Assembly (NCBI RefSeq): GCF_001194135.2
Contig: NC_068983.1
Location: 4,689,806-4,753,805, forward strand
From: Octopus bimaculoides
Taxonomy: Eukaryota
Direction: 5' to 3'
DNA: 64,000 bases
Below the pieces are notes generated by a model. It did no database searches, was not told where the DNA came from, and was given only the letters and a program-made list of their open reading frames with translations. Made by a program: the position numbers and the translations under genes. Shown here in pieces: positions 1 through 12,835 of this stretch. Each line of letters begins with the position of its first letter. Position 1 is the first letter of the stretch.

Positions 1-125
1 CGTTAGGAGGGGCATCCAACCGTAGAAACCATACCAAAACAGACTAGGGTCTGGTGCAGCCTTCCAGCGTACCAACCCAGTCAAACCGTTCAACCCATCA
101 TCGACAACGGACGTTAAATGATATG

Positions 126-157
<32 letters not shown>

Positions 158-1139
158 ATGTGTGTGTCTTTATCTTTGTCTCTCATCTGTTTGACAATCA
201 GTGTTGGTATGTTTATTTCCCCATGGCTTAGCAGTTCGGCAAAAGAGACCAATAGAATAAGTACTGGACTTAAAAAAAAAGTACTCGGATTAATTCCTTT
301 CACTAAAATTCCTCAACATGATGCTCCAGCATTGCCACAGTATAATGAGTGAAATAATGTAATATATATATATATATGTATATATATATAAGCTGATTAA
401 TGTCTTGTATATAGAAACATGATAGATGGAAACCGTGCTGAAGCCTGTTGTATATTTTTTGTAGATTGTCGTACATCAATGAAAATATGAGTTGATACAT
501 TGTGCTAACAGTAAAAATATTTTAGTAAAATAGCTTTTGTTATTATTGTGTTTGGAACATAAATTAATACAAAATTTAGATCCCTTTAAAACAGGAAGTT
601 TGTATCATAGAATCAGGGTTGGTATCAAAAGGGTTAAATGAATTCCTGTATTTGACTGGGACTTTGTTATAAACGAATGGAAAGTAAAGTTGAACTCAGG
701 ATGTAGAGGTTTATAATGAAATACTACAACGCTGCACTAATTCGACCATTCTTCTTACTAGAAGAAAGTCTATCAATAATTAGGTTTGGGATAGTTTATA
801 GAAATACCTGAGAACTTTATAGAATATCCCATCAATTATATTGATCTCTGCTTGGCTGTTGTTTAACACTAGATCATTCAGATCTCACTGACTTACAATC
901 AAACAAATCCTTTCTGTAATGATTCTGCTTTATTTTATCCAGACATAGTCTACCCAGGACTATATTGTTTAATGTCTCCCCTTTTTTAACGTAGCAGGGG
1001 ATTGTTTAAGGTAGATTTGGTTGCTATTTCCAGCAAGTTAAATGACCATGTAGAGGCTCTCTCATTGGTTTCTTCTACAGAAATTTTTATTATTTACCAA
1101 ATGGTATAATTAGCTTCATAAGATGCTAATGTTAAATTT

Positions 1140-1349
1140 AACTTAAGATGAAAGTAAACAAACTTTGTTTGTTTTAGAAGTGTTGAGATGTATTGAAAGA
1201 TAGAGAAATAAATTATTTTTATTCTCAAACGCGGGATAATGCTAATAAAAAAGCGTGAACAGGATAAATTATCCGTACATTGCAGAAAAATACGTTACCA
1301 GCCAAATGCTTCTAAAACAAATATTGTTTGTTTACTTTCATCATAAGTT
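1140..1349. mobile_element. MITE-like foldback element
   Basis: 41-bp inverted arms at 1140-1180 and 1309-1349 (37/41 match). The arm core gtaaacaaac...gaag...atgtattg is shared with the element at 19.4-19.8 kb. Confidence 0.6.
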
Positions 1350-4300
1350 GAACAAAACAATGTGAATCAACAAACATCACATTTGACAGAGGAATCTGAA
1401 GGCAAAAGGATTAAACTGTATTCTCCAAGAATTTCTTAAACATATAATCTGAAGGTGCAAGCATGGTTGTGCGGTTGAAAAGCTTGCTTCCCAATCAAAT
1501 TGTCTTCAGTTCAGTCCTACTGCGTGGTTCCTATGGCAAATGTCTTTTGCAATAGACCTAGGCCAACCAAGGTCTTGGGAGTGGATTTAGTAGAAAGAAA
1601 CTAAACGACTACCAAATGTGTGTGTGTACCCTTGTCTTGACATCACATGGTGGTTATAAAGAAGTGATGTTGTTCTACAGAAAATGCCTGGCCATGGGGA
1701 AATATTACTTTACTTGGAATTAGGTGAGGGTTGATGACAGGAAAGGCATCCAACCATAGAAAATCTGCCCCGAGAAATTCCATCAGACCCATGCAAGAAT
1801 GGAAAAGTAGGCAATTAATATGATGATCTCAAGTCAGCTTTGATTATATCCTGTATTAGCTGCCAGTCAAGTGCAACTTGAATATTTGACAAGTGTAACT
1901 TGAACATCTCTCAAATACTGAGTGTCACTCCTGTATTTCTTGAATATCGTTGGTCCTCATGTCACTGAATACAAAGTCAGACTTTTTTATTACAGTAAAA
2001 GCCAGTACAATAATTGAAATAACATTGTAGCGACCAACATGGCTGTGTGGTGAACAAGCGCATTTTGCAACTGTGGGGTTGGGTGGGGGGCAGTCCCACT
2101 CTTTGGCACCTTAGGCAAGTCTTTTCTAAAGCTCCAGGCTGACCAGTTCTTTGTGAGTGAATCTTGGTAGACAGAAACTGTGTTGAAGCCTACTGCATGT
2201 ATGCATGTGTATACGTTGAGGGGTTTTGTTTTGCAAGGCACATGGGAAACCTGTTGATGCTGGTGCCAGGAAAAAGCACCCAGTCCAATTTTTAAAGTGG
2301 TTGGCATATTAGGAAGGGCACCTAGCCATAGAAACCATGCCAAAACGGACAATGGAACTTGGTGCAGCTCCTATCAAACCGTCCAACCCATGCCAGCATG
2401 GAAAACGGACAGTAAATGATGATGATGAGGCTATATATGCCTTTGTCTCCTGACCACTCTGCTTGATAACCAGTGTTGGTTTGTTTACATCCCCAAAACT
2501 TAGCAGTTTGGCAAAAGAGACTGATGCAATAAGTACCAGACTTCATAGAATAAGTCCTGGCACTGATTTGTTTGACTGAAAGTATTTGAATGTAGAGCTC
2601 CAGCATGACCGCAGTCCAATGGCTAAATCAAATAAGAGTAAAGATTACATCAACTCTCTTGTCACCAGGTTTCTGTTGAAGCACATTACCTTTGTTGTAA
2701 TTAATTTTGAAACTAACGAAGAATTCAGTTGCAGGAGTGGCTGTGTGGTAAGAAACTTGCTTCCCCACCACATGGTTCTGGGTTCAGTCCCACTGTGTGA
2801 CACCTTGGTTAAGTATCTTCTACTATAGTCTCGGGCCTACCGAAGCCTTCTGAGTGGATTTGGTAGATGGAAACTGAAAGAAGCTTGTTGTAGACATATA
2901 ATATATATACACATTTGTGTGTCTCCTGACGTTGGTGTGTTTACGTCCCCATAACTTAGCAAGAGAGACCGATAAAATAAGTACTGGGCTTACAAAGAAT
3001 AAGTCCTGGGTTCGATTTGCATCGACTGAAAGCGATGCTCCAGCATGGCCGCAGTAAACAAATAAAAGGATAAAAGAATTTAATCAAATAAATTTGTCAC
3101 TCTTAAGTTGGTCAAGACTGATGCAAAACCAAAGACAATATTATAAACCAGCCCCGAGAAATAATAGTGACAAGCTGCAGGGATGGCCAAGGGGTCAGAC
3201 GTTTGCTTCCCCACCCCCACGGCTCCAAGTTCAGTGCCCCTGCATTGCACCTAAGGTGTCTTCAACTATAGCCCTGGGCTGACTAAAGCCTTATCAATGG
3301 ATTTTGTAGAAAGACTGTGTGGAAACCTGTCGTTGTATACATATATATGTATATATATATATATATATATNNNNNNNNNNNNNNNNNNNNNNNNNNNNNN
3401 NNNNNNNNNNNNNNNNNNNNNNNNNNNNNNNNNNNNNNNNNNNNNNNNNNNNNNNNNNNNNNNNNNNNNNNNNNNNNNNNNNNNNNNNNNNNNNNNNNNN
3501 NNNTATATATCATCATCAGCGTTTAACGTCCGCTTTCCATGCTGGCATGAGTTGGACAATTTGACTGAGGACTGGTGAAACCAAATGGCTACACCAGGCT
3601 CCAATCTGATTTGGCAGTTTCTACAGCTGGATGTCCTTCCTAACGCCAACCACTCCAAGAGTGTATATATATATATGGAACAGGAAGATTACAGACTGAA
3701 AGAAAAGAAAATTGTATTAAATGAATGCATAAAATTTATAGGATGTATTTTCATTCCGTTAAACTAAAATTTCTGGCAAGACAGTTCTCTCCCTTGTAAC
3801 AGACATGAACAACCAATCACCCAACAGTTTACGTGTGTGTTGTGTGTATGCACATGCATGCCTTGTGTGTGAATTTGGTTTAGCAAAACTGCAGGAGGCT
3901 TTTGTGTGGGCAGATGTGCTTCAGTTTTGGCATCTTGCTCATCTTAGGATGAGCAGAATAGTCACATAGTTTATTTACATTCCTTACTGACATAATGAAC
4001 AGTAACTCTGTGCTTTCAAAGAACTAAAAAGCCCAGTATTTCAAAAACAGGTAAGGGTCTGCAACAGGAGGGGCATCTAGCTTTAAAATCCTGTTGTAAA
4101 TATGTCACCATCCAACCCAGGCTAGCATGGAAAAACATTAAAGAAACAAATGAGTGAATATATTTTTCAATCTACCCCCATTCACTGTCATCCGTGCCTC
4201 TTGTATCCCATTCACTGTCATCTGTGCCTCTTGTATCCCCCTCCTCTGTTACCCATCTCTCAATCACTTCCTCTACTGAGTCCCAAGTGGAACTAAAGTT

Positions 4301-4429
4301 GGCACCCACCTCTTCTGTCCGTCATACATTGCTTCCAGTGTAACTAAGGATGTCGTGGTACTTGTCTGACTCTTTCGCCAATACTTATTTGAAGCATTCA
4401 CAGGAACAGGACCTATTTTTCGTTTCCCC

Positions 4430-4805
4430 TACAACCACCCTCAACCACATGGTTCCGGGTTCAATCCCACTGTGTGACACCTTGCGCAAGTATCCGCTAC
4501 TATAGCCTCGGGCCGACCAAAGCCTTGTAAGTGGATTTGGTAGACGGAAACTGAAAAAGAAGCCCGTTGTATATATGTATATATATGTATGTGTGTGTGT
4601 TTCTGTGTCTGTGTTTGTCACCCCAATATCGCTTGACAACCGATGCTGGTGTGTTTACGTCCCTGTAACTTAGCGGTTCGGCAAAAAGAGACCGATAGAA
4701 TAAGTACTAGGCTTACAAAGAATAAGTTCTGGGGTCAATTTGCTCGACTAAAGGCGGTGCTCCAGCATGGCCGCAGTCAAATGACTGAAACAAGTAAAAG
4801 AGTAA
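4430..4805 (+). mobile_element. tRNA-derived SINE family A (representative copy)
   Basis: Head GGTTCAGTCCCACTG (B-box-like), body GGAAACTGAAAGAAGCC, tail CCAGCATGGCCGCAGTCAAATGACTGAAAC. Other full or partial copies at about 2732-3070, 8870-9180, 10375-10535, 12935-13100, 16985-17345, 33895-34055, 42950-43110 (+) and 23185-23575, 33095-33270, 49630-49995, 58545-58690, 63625-63980 (-). Confidence 0.85.
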
Positions 4806-4869
4806 AAAAAAGAGTAGGACTGGTGGACTGGTTCTATGAAAAGAAAACTACAACACAATTCAATTTGAC

Positions 4870-5320
4870 ATTTAATCTCCTTTAAAGTCGACCCCTTTCT
4901 GAAGACACACACTTTATCCAGTATTGTTTCCATTGATGGGAACATTCCTAGAACTCCTTTTTTAGGGACAGAGAGCAGATGCCTCATCACATTCTCTTGG
5001 ATTTCCTCGATGTCTTGAAATCATGTTGGGGTCTTGCACTGTGAAGACTGGGCCTTGGTTTCAGGGTCACAGCCACGATTCGTCGCCTGTTATGACTATC
5101 TTCAAAAACCTTTCATCTTCCTCAACACAATCAAAGAGTTACTGACCACCTGAAACCGGATCTTCTTTTGAGACAACCACACTTTACTTCCAAACGCTGC
5201 TTTAAGCAATGGAAATGAGCGAGAACGTTATAACTTCATGTGTTATGTATGACGGAGTTCAAGGTCAATATCTACCAAGTGCCTTCACTTTGCATAGTTT
5301 AGCTCAGTTACCATAGCAAC
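4870..5320 (-). mobile_element. degenerate, internally deleted mariner transposase remnant
   Basis: The minus strand reads LFDCVEEDERFLKIVITGDESW, then after a frameshift DPETKAQSSQ, and near 4875-4935 a C-terminus like QWKQYWIKCVSSE..DFKGD*. These are mariner motifs around the first catalytic Asp. Confidence 0.8.
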
Positions 5321-6479
5321 AATACTGATACATTTTGATCAGTGGTTGGCGTTAGGAAGGGCATCTAGCTGTAGAAACTCTGCCAAATTTAGATTGGAGC
5401 CTGGTGTTGCCATCCGGTTTCACCAGTCCTCAGTCAAATCGTCCAACCCATGCTAGCATGGAAAGCGGACGTTAAACGATGATGATGATGATATATATAG
5501 GATGTTACATTACTGGTTGTGGTTACACTGCTCCTCTTCCACACATCCTGATTGTGTGTCATTGCTCCATCTCTTGGGTCACGTTACTTTCTTTCATTAC
5601 CCTCTCACCTCTTTGTCATGAGACCCCCATTAAACATATCTATCTCAAAATACTAGATAATCCTACCACCACCACCACCACCATTACTATCATTCATGTC
5701 TTACATTCTGTAAAAAAGCTGGCAAGCAAACAGAGACACGGAAGGTTGTGGGGTCCTTTTGGTTATGCCGAGGACGTGGCTACTTCTTTAGTGCTGGTGC
5801 CATGGAAAGAAGCAACACCCAGGACACTGGAAAGTGGTTAGTGATGGTTAGGATGGTTATCCAGCAACAGAAACATGAGTTAAATGCAGTCTCCCAATGT
5901 GTCTAGATGAGCAATACCTCTGTGTATCAGTTGAGTCCAGCCATGGCAATCCATTCAACACACGCAAGTAGGAAAGATAATCCAATACGACAGTAAGGAC
6001 AATGATGTGTGTGTGTGTGTGTGTGCACCTGAGAGACTTGAATCAATAAAATATAAAAGAGGGACAAGGCAATGATATCGTCAGCTCAAATAAATACATA
6101 AAACAAATAAATGAACAAAACAATAGAAAGAAAGAAACAAAAAACCCTGTTTTTTTTTTCAATCATTGGATAGCGACTATTATTATTAATAGTTTGTATT
6201 GTCATAAGGGGCCTGCTCTATGAGGGGAGGGTCTCTACTAGTTATCTCCCCTGATATCACAGGATTTGTTTTATATATATATACATACATATAATATATA
6301 TANNNNNNNNNNNNNNNNNNNNNNNNNNNNNNNNNNNNNNNNNNNNNNNNNNNNNNNNNNNNNNNNNNNNNNNNNNNNNNNNNNNNNNNNNNNNNNNNNN
6401 NNNNNNNNNNNNNNNNNNNNNNNNNNNNNNNNNNNNNNNNNNNNNNNNNNNNNNNNNNNNNNNNNNNNNNNNNATATAG

Positions 6480-7528
6480 GAATGGTTTTACATTAACTTT
6501 TAGGCTTGATGAATCAAATGGAAAATATATCAGAAGATATTAATTACAATGATAATTAATGATACACAAAACATTTCCAGTCATGATTTTTTTTTTTGAT
6601 GTTTTCGTTTTTTGTTTTTTTATCAGAGAAGCAACATTTTTAGTATTGGGTAACATCAGTTCTCACCAGAATTCCAAATTGCTTTGGAATCCTTTCTGAA
6701 ATTGATGATATTACAAAGAACAGGACGTTTCCAAGGAACTGAAGTTAAAATAACGAGCACAGTACATAAGTGTATGCATGTGTGTGTGTGTGTGTGTTCT
6801 GAAGAGCAGCAAAGATGGAGGGAACTTGGTATGAATGCTTGCCTTGTCCTGCCTTATTTTATTCCCATTCTGTTGGCAAAATAAGGAATGATTGTTTGTT
6901 AGTTTGTGGCCAAAGAACTAGGGGCGATCAGTACAACATAGGGGTTTTATTTTCAATATTGTCCTCAAAAAAACCGGAAACCACCAAACCGTTTCGTTCC
7001 ATTCCACTGACCAAAGAAGCAGCAACTACGTCCAAACAACCAACACCGAATGGTAAGCATTTGACCAATATAACTCACCTGCCAGCATCAATCCTGTTTC
7101 ATTTACTAGGTCGGTTTGTTTTCTATGACAGCAACAAGACAGGGAAACAAGGGAATGGATAAAAAAAACACTATTGGTTGCTTTGTTCAAAATATTTAGT
7201 GGGGGAAAAAAAAAAAACCCCAAAAAATTGGTAGAATTTTTACTCAAAGTTTTGCGAAAGTGTCTTTTGGTAAACTTCTTTAAATTTGTAAAAGAATATT
7301 TTGAGATTTTTATATATAAGTCATGTATTCATTGTGCATGAATATATGTGTGTCTGTACATATGGTGTGTGTATGTGTGTCTACATATACATATACATAT
7401 ATATATATACACACACACACACACCCATGATGCAACTATGTAGGTGTGAGTGTGTCTTTGTACATAAATGCATGCCCACACGTGTGTATCTATCTATATA
7501 TATATATCTACATATATATAAATATATA

Positions 7529-7588
<60 letters not shown>

Positions 7589-8526
7589 CACACACACTCA
7601 TCTATACACGTAAATGTGTGTATTTATATAAATTTGAAGCAAGTTACCATAGCAATTACAAAAATTATTCCTTTCCAGTTCAGCAGCAGACTATTTGTTT
7701 AAAAAAAAACCAATTCCACAGAACCCAGAACTAGTCTACCTCACAAAATGCTTATTGATGAAGATGAAGGTTATTGGAAATTGTTCTAAATTGTCTCAGG
7801 TGGAGGGGGTTGGCTAGGGGGATGGGGTAGTAGGGAGAATTATAGAATTGGAATTAATAAATTCCAACATCTTTTTGTTTGTTTTTTTTTTTGTTATTGT
7901 AATTCTAAGAATTCTGAATGTTTTTTTCCTCCTCTTTCACACTCGACTAAAATAAACCAGCACAAGAACCCAAATCCTTTCAGTGCCCAATAAAAAGAAT
8001 TTAAAAAAATACAAAAAACATGTGTAAATGATAAAGGGATCTCATATGTCGAAACATATAAGTGAAGGGTGAAGGAAGTCTAAAATCGTTTTTGGGTTTG
8101 GGAAAGGGTTGTTTTCTTTATCGATACTTTATATTTAGCATGTTGAGGAATGCTTCACTGTTTGAANNNNNNNNNNNNNNNNNNNNNNNNNNNNNNNNNN
8201 NNNNNNNNNNNNNNNNNNNNNNNNNNNNNNNNNNNNNNNNNNNNNNNNNNNNNNNNNNNNNNNNNNNNNNNNNNNNNNNNNNNNNNNNNNNNNNNNNNNN
8301 NNNNNNNNNNNNNNNNNNNNNNNNNNNNNNNNNNNNNNNNNNNNNNNNNNNNNNNNNNNNNNNNNNNNNNNNNNNNNNNNNNNNNNNNNNNNNNNNNNNN
8401 NNNNNNNNNNNNNNNNNTCCTGACCAACTTTCAGGAATCGATGTAGAACGGGGGGGGGAGGGGGTACTGATACACTGGTAACCATTTAGAGAAAAAGCGA
8501 TTGAAAACAGACATTGGTTCTCTGGA
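6480..8526 (-). other. probable ATXN7L3 3'UTR (extent uncertain)
   Basis: Largely SINE-free sequence downstream of the stop codon that is U-rich on the minus strand. The poly(A) site cannot be fixed from sequence alone. Confidence 0.35.
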
Positions 8527-8723
8527 TCATACAAAGTCATATAAACTGGTGTTGACGGGATTGTTTGATGGATGGCTACTACTTTGGCTTGATGCTGCTG
8601 CTGACGATGATGACGATGCTGATGCTGCTGTTGCTGCTGCTGTTGCCGCTGTTTGTTTGACAATTTTTTTCTTCTTTGTCACTGGTGGTTTCAATGGTTT
8701 GGCTGGACCACGCTTCCGAGAAC
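8527..8723 (-). CDS. ATXN7L3: ATXN7L3 terminal coding exon 11 (GSRKRGPAKPLKPPVTKKKK...NTSLYDFV*)
   Basis: aatttgtag|GTTCTCGG, phase 1, open to TGA at 8529-8527. The KKKK cluster and C-terminal SLYD resemble human KKKKPKP...SIYDDIN. The 11 exons total 1041 nt, or 346 aa plus stop. Confidence 0.85.
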
Positions 8724-9489
8724 CTACAAATTAAGCGTAGATTTAAGGAATTAATAAATTGTCAGTTGCACAATGGACAATGAGAATCAAAATTGTTATT
8801 GGCATATTTTGTTCTTAATATGTTCCAGAAGACTGGAATGTAAAAATACCAATTAATGTTGTGTATAGGCACAGGAGTGGCTGTGTGGTAAGAAGCTTGC
8901 TTCCCAACCACATGGTTCCAGGTTCAGTCCCACTGCATAGCACTTTGGGCAAGTGTCTTCTTCTATAGCTTTGGGCCAACCAATGCCTTGTGAGTAGATT
9001 TGGTAGACAGAAACTAAAAGAAGCCTGTCATATATATATATTTGTGTGTCTGTTTGTTCTCCCTACCATTACTTGACAACCGATGTTGGTGTGTTTACGC
9101 CTCCATAACTTAGCGGTTCGGCAAAAGAGACCGATGCTCCAGCATGGCCGCAGTCAAATGACTGAAACAAACGAAAGAAGGAAAGAATCCAATCGTCGTA
9201 GAGGAGAGGTTGTTCAGTGATGAACCCCAACAGCTGTCAGCATATTTACGTTTGAATCTACAAGAATATATTGGGTTCCAACTTTGGCACAAGGCCAGCA
9301 ATTTAGGGGGTGGGGGTATGTTGATTACAGTGACCCCCAGTACTCAACTGGTACTTTATTCTATTGACCCTGAAAGGATGAAAGGCAAAGTCAATCTCAG
9401 TGGAATTTGATCACAGAATGTAAAGACGGACAAAATACGGCTAAGCATTTTAGCCAGCTCAACACCTCTTGATCTACCAGAACATGTTA

Positions 9490-10035
9490 AGAATGAGGTG
9501 GTGAGACATGATCTTCGAACGTTGGGCCTCACAAAGGCAATGACGAAAGACCGAGACCTCTGGAGATATGCTGTGACTGTGAAGACCTGGCAAAGTGAGT
9601 TCACAGCTGTAACCTACACCAGTGTTGCATAACCAGCCCATTCAAAAGTACCTTGGATCGTAGGGCAACATGCCGTGCTTGAGGAGACCTATTGAGTCAA
9701 ATGCATCAAAATCAAATGGAAATTGTAGTTGTGATCCCCATGCCAGTGGCATGTAAAAAGCACCATCCGAACGTGGCTGATGTCAGTGTTGACTTGACAA
9801 CCGAGCGTGGTTGTTGCCAGCCCCGTCTGGCCCCTGTGCTGGTGACATGTAAAAAGCACCCACTACACTCTCAGAGTGGTTGGCGTTAGGAAGGGCATCC
9901 AGCTGTAGAAATACTACCAGATCAGACTGGAGCCTGGTGCAGCCTCCTGGCTTTCCGGACCCCAGTCGAACCGTCCAACCCATGCCAGCATGGAAAACGG
10001 ACGTTAAACGATGATGATGATGATGATGATGATGA
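9490..10035 (+). mobile_element. 3' end of RTE-clade LINE (ORF end, 3'UTR, (GAT)n tail); source of abundant repeat family B
   Basis: EVVRHDLRTLGLTKAMTKDRDLWRYAV (RTE ORF C-terminus) runs into GTTAGGAAGGGCATCCAGC...CATGGAAAACGGACGTTAAACGATGATGATG. Tail-only copies at about 1-120, 2285-2425, 5340-5490, 16255-16455, 18130-18295, 20205-20365, 46185-46355, 47960-48135 (+) and 3525-3660, 21540-21680, 24235-24365, 25735-25915, 32658-32800, 33655-33850 (-). Confidence 0.8.
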
Positions 10036-11471
10036 AGCCAGTCATCGTTTAATAAGTGAACTAATTAGTGTTGTACTTCAAACCAGGAATGTTCTTGCGA
10101 CATGTTTACACAAATATCCAGGTATATATCGTTTGTTATCATGTTAAACTGTCATGTGTCCAAATTTGGCCAAATGCATTTTACTCAATATTTAATTTTT
10201 CTTGCAATACCCGGTTCTTTTGGTCAAACTATCGTATCTCCTGCTGCTTCAGATGCCAAGATATCAAAAATTGTCAAAGTGTAGTACAATGGTTTAGCAT
10301 TTTTCAAAAGTGAAGTAAGTCCCACATAGGACAGTTTTGCATAATAACAATATATAAAAATGTACAGAAGAGAAGGTTTGGCTGTGAGGTTAAGGAACTC
10401 AATTTGCAACAAAGTGGTTCCAGATTCAGTCCCACTGTGCAACACCTTGGACAAGTGTCTTCAATTATAGCCCTAGGCCTGTCAATGCCATGTGAGTAAA
10501 TTTGCTAGAAGGAAACTATGTGAAAGCCTGTTGTGTATGTATATATATATATAATGATATTGGTATTGACCAGACTATCTGATGGTATACATCACTGATC
10601 ACAATGCACTTCACATTGTTTTAGCCTTCAAATGATGTTACCCCACTGGCTAGGCAAAGCTATTCCATTTCAGGATTACTCTTTTACAGCTGAATGGACT
10701 GGGGCAGCATGAAATGAAGTGTCTTGCTCAAGGACACAATGTACCGCCCAGTCTAGGAATCGAACCCATGATCACGCAATTGGGAATGTGACAGCCAAGT
10801 CACAAGGCATGTGCCTCAATGTATATTTGTGTGTTGGTTTGGTTATGTCTCCATAACTTAGCAGTCTGGCAAAAGAAATCAATGGAATAATTACCAGACT
10901 TTATAAGTACTGGGGGGTGGAGGTGGAGTGGAGTACATGTGGCTAAGTAGTTAGGGGTGTTGGATCGTAAGATTGTGGTTTCAATTCCTGAAGCAAGCAA
11001 CGCGTTGTGTCCTTGAGCAAGACGCTTCATTACAGGTTGCTCCAGTTCGCTCAATTGGCAAAAATGAGTCATCCTGCAACAAACCAGATGTCCCCTCCTG
11101 GGGGGGAATCAGGGAAACCGGCAAACCAGCCCTCAAGAGCCTGGCATGGCTCAAGAAGGAAACATTTATTTTTATTTATTTTTTATAAGCATTGGGGGTA
11201 GAATTGTTTGATTGAACTAGTCAAGGGTAACCCTTCCCCCACCCAAACAAAAACAGGCTGCATGAGGCACAACTCCTCATAAGGTGGGTCACACTACCCC
11301 AAAAAGAAATTCAAGGTCATTTTTCATTAGGACCACTGGGCTGCAGTCTGTCATTTATGACTGGATTAACCCCTTAAATGACCCGGGCTGGGGTCAAAGG
11401 GGTATATCATGGCTTCGTCTGCTAGAAAAGCCGAGAATGTTGCAAAGAAAGAAACGGAAAAAAAGATTTAC

Positions 11472-11605
11472 CATTACTTGAAGATGTTGAATCCACAGGA
11501 GAGGTGCTGCACGATGCCTCCCAGTGTAGAGTGTCCCTTAAAGATTGTCCGTCACCATCTTCATAGCCGTCTATGTCAACCTGGACATCATCTGCATCTG
11601 GATGA
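11472..11605 (-). CDS. ATXN7L3: ATXN7L3 coding exon 10 (DHPDADDVQVDIDGYEDGDGQSLRDTLHWEASCSTSPVDSTSSSN)
   Basis: aatttcag|TCATCC...AGTAATG|gtaaat, phase 2 to 1. Corresponds to human DSQALISRLQWDGSSDLSPSDSGSS. Confidence 0.9.
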
Positions 11606-12124
11606 CTGAAATTTACAAAAACGACAATTTCTTTCATGATTTCTAGAAACANNNNNNNNNNNNNNNNNNNNNNNNNNNNNNNNNNNNNNNNNNNNNNNNN
11701 NNNNNNNNNNCTCTGGAGAGATCCAGTCATTTATATTAAAGCAGAGAAATTAAGATAAAGACCCTCCAGCCGTGACCATTCCACCTTTTCTCTAGATCTA
11801 GGCTTACATTACCCAATATAACATTCTTTTTATAAGACATTACTGGATGATTTAAGGGAGAGTGAGTTGCTATTTCTAGCAGATTGAGCAAGGATAGCTA
11901 AGTTGTTTGATAAGAGCCATAGATATTTTCTTTTTAAATTATGAATGATTTAAAAAATAAATAATTGCAGTGTGGAAGGTGTTTGTAAGCCATTTAAAGA
12001 CACACAAAAACTGTTAGATTCACTTCAGCATTTAAATTTAATTTGCCAAAATATTTTCGTTGCTTTGAGACCATGACCTGTTCACTGACAAAATAAATAG
12101 TAAATATTATTTAATAACAGTTTG

Positions 12125-12835
12125 ACTCAGTTCCATGAAACTTAAGGTTTTGTAGGCTCAAAGAACAAACCCAACTCATCTGGCATCCAGAGAGAAAGAG
12201 AGAGAGAGAGAAACGGGCCAAGAGACAAAATTCAAGATAGCTTATAGAACCGTCAGGCTTCTGTTGAACAACTCAGGTCATGTGGTGTTATTAGTCTGGA
12301 AGTGACATCAGTTCTTTTTTTTTGTTCATAGGCCCACCTGGTTAGAAAAGATGTGGGCAAGTAGTTGTCACCACTGTGTCTGGAAGCTGTGGTATGATTG
12401 AGAAGTCTCCAGATAAAGCAGGATAAGGGGGTGGAGTTTTCTTTGTTTCTGCATCTGAAGGAGTGCATATGCTGTGTATACCTTCCCTTGAAGCCACTGG
12501 TTGTCATGCCCATGAAGTGATTTGTAAAGCCATCGAATGGTGTGAAGGTGGCTCTATAGACCACAGCCTTTGAGAAGAAGGATTCTCCCAGCAGGCAGTT
12601 GATAGGATTTTCACAGTTGCAGGTCAGGGTGTGTATTGGAGGCTGTGTATGTGTGTTTATGTTTATTGTGGCATGTGATGTCTGAAGAGAAGTTGTCTCA
12701 GCAGGTGTAAAAGACTTTGATGTCATGGGTGTACTTATACTACAGCTTCCAGACACATGTCCCCTTTACTCTCCTCTATATGCCTGATGAGCTAGCTTCA
12801 CTCTAGACGCCTACAAAACCTGAAGTTACTGTCAT
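12125..12835 (-). mobile_element. Penelope-like element remnant (GIY-YIG endonuclease region) with inverted flanking repeats
   Basis: ORF 12253-12756 contains CNCENPINCLLGE...VVYRATF...FMGMTTSGFKGRYTQHMHSFR...STPLSCFIW, a PLE GIY-YIG signature. 47-nt flanks at 12139-12185 and 12781-12827 are inverted copies (35/47). Confidence 0.8.

Noticed and set aside
4177-4236. 30-bp tandem duplication (cccattcactgtcatccgtgcctcttgtat x2)
   Set aside because: Ordinary two-copy slippage duplication with no further structure. It is not a CRISPR-like array.
11365-11471. Alternative acceptor at 11422 after exon 10 (or intron retention) giving a short alternative C-terminus
   Set aside because: The implied intron is only 50 nt, the peptide is unrecognisable, and the 8723 exon gives a better homologous C-terminus.
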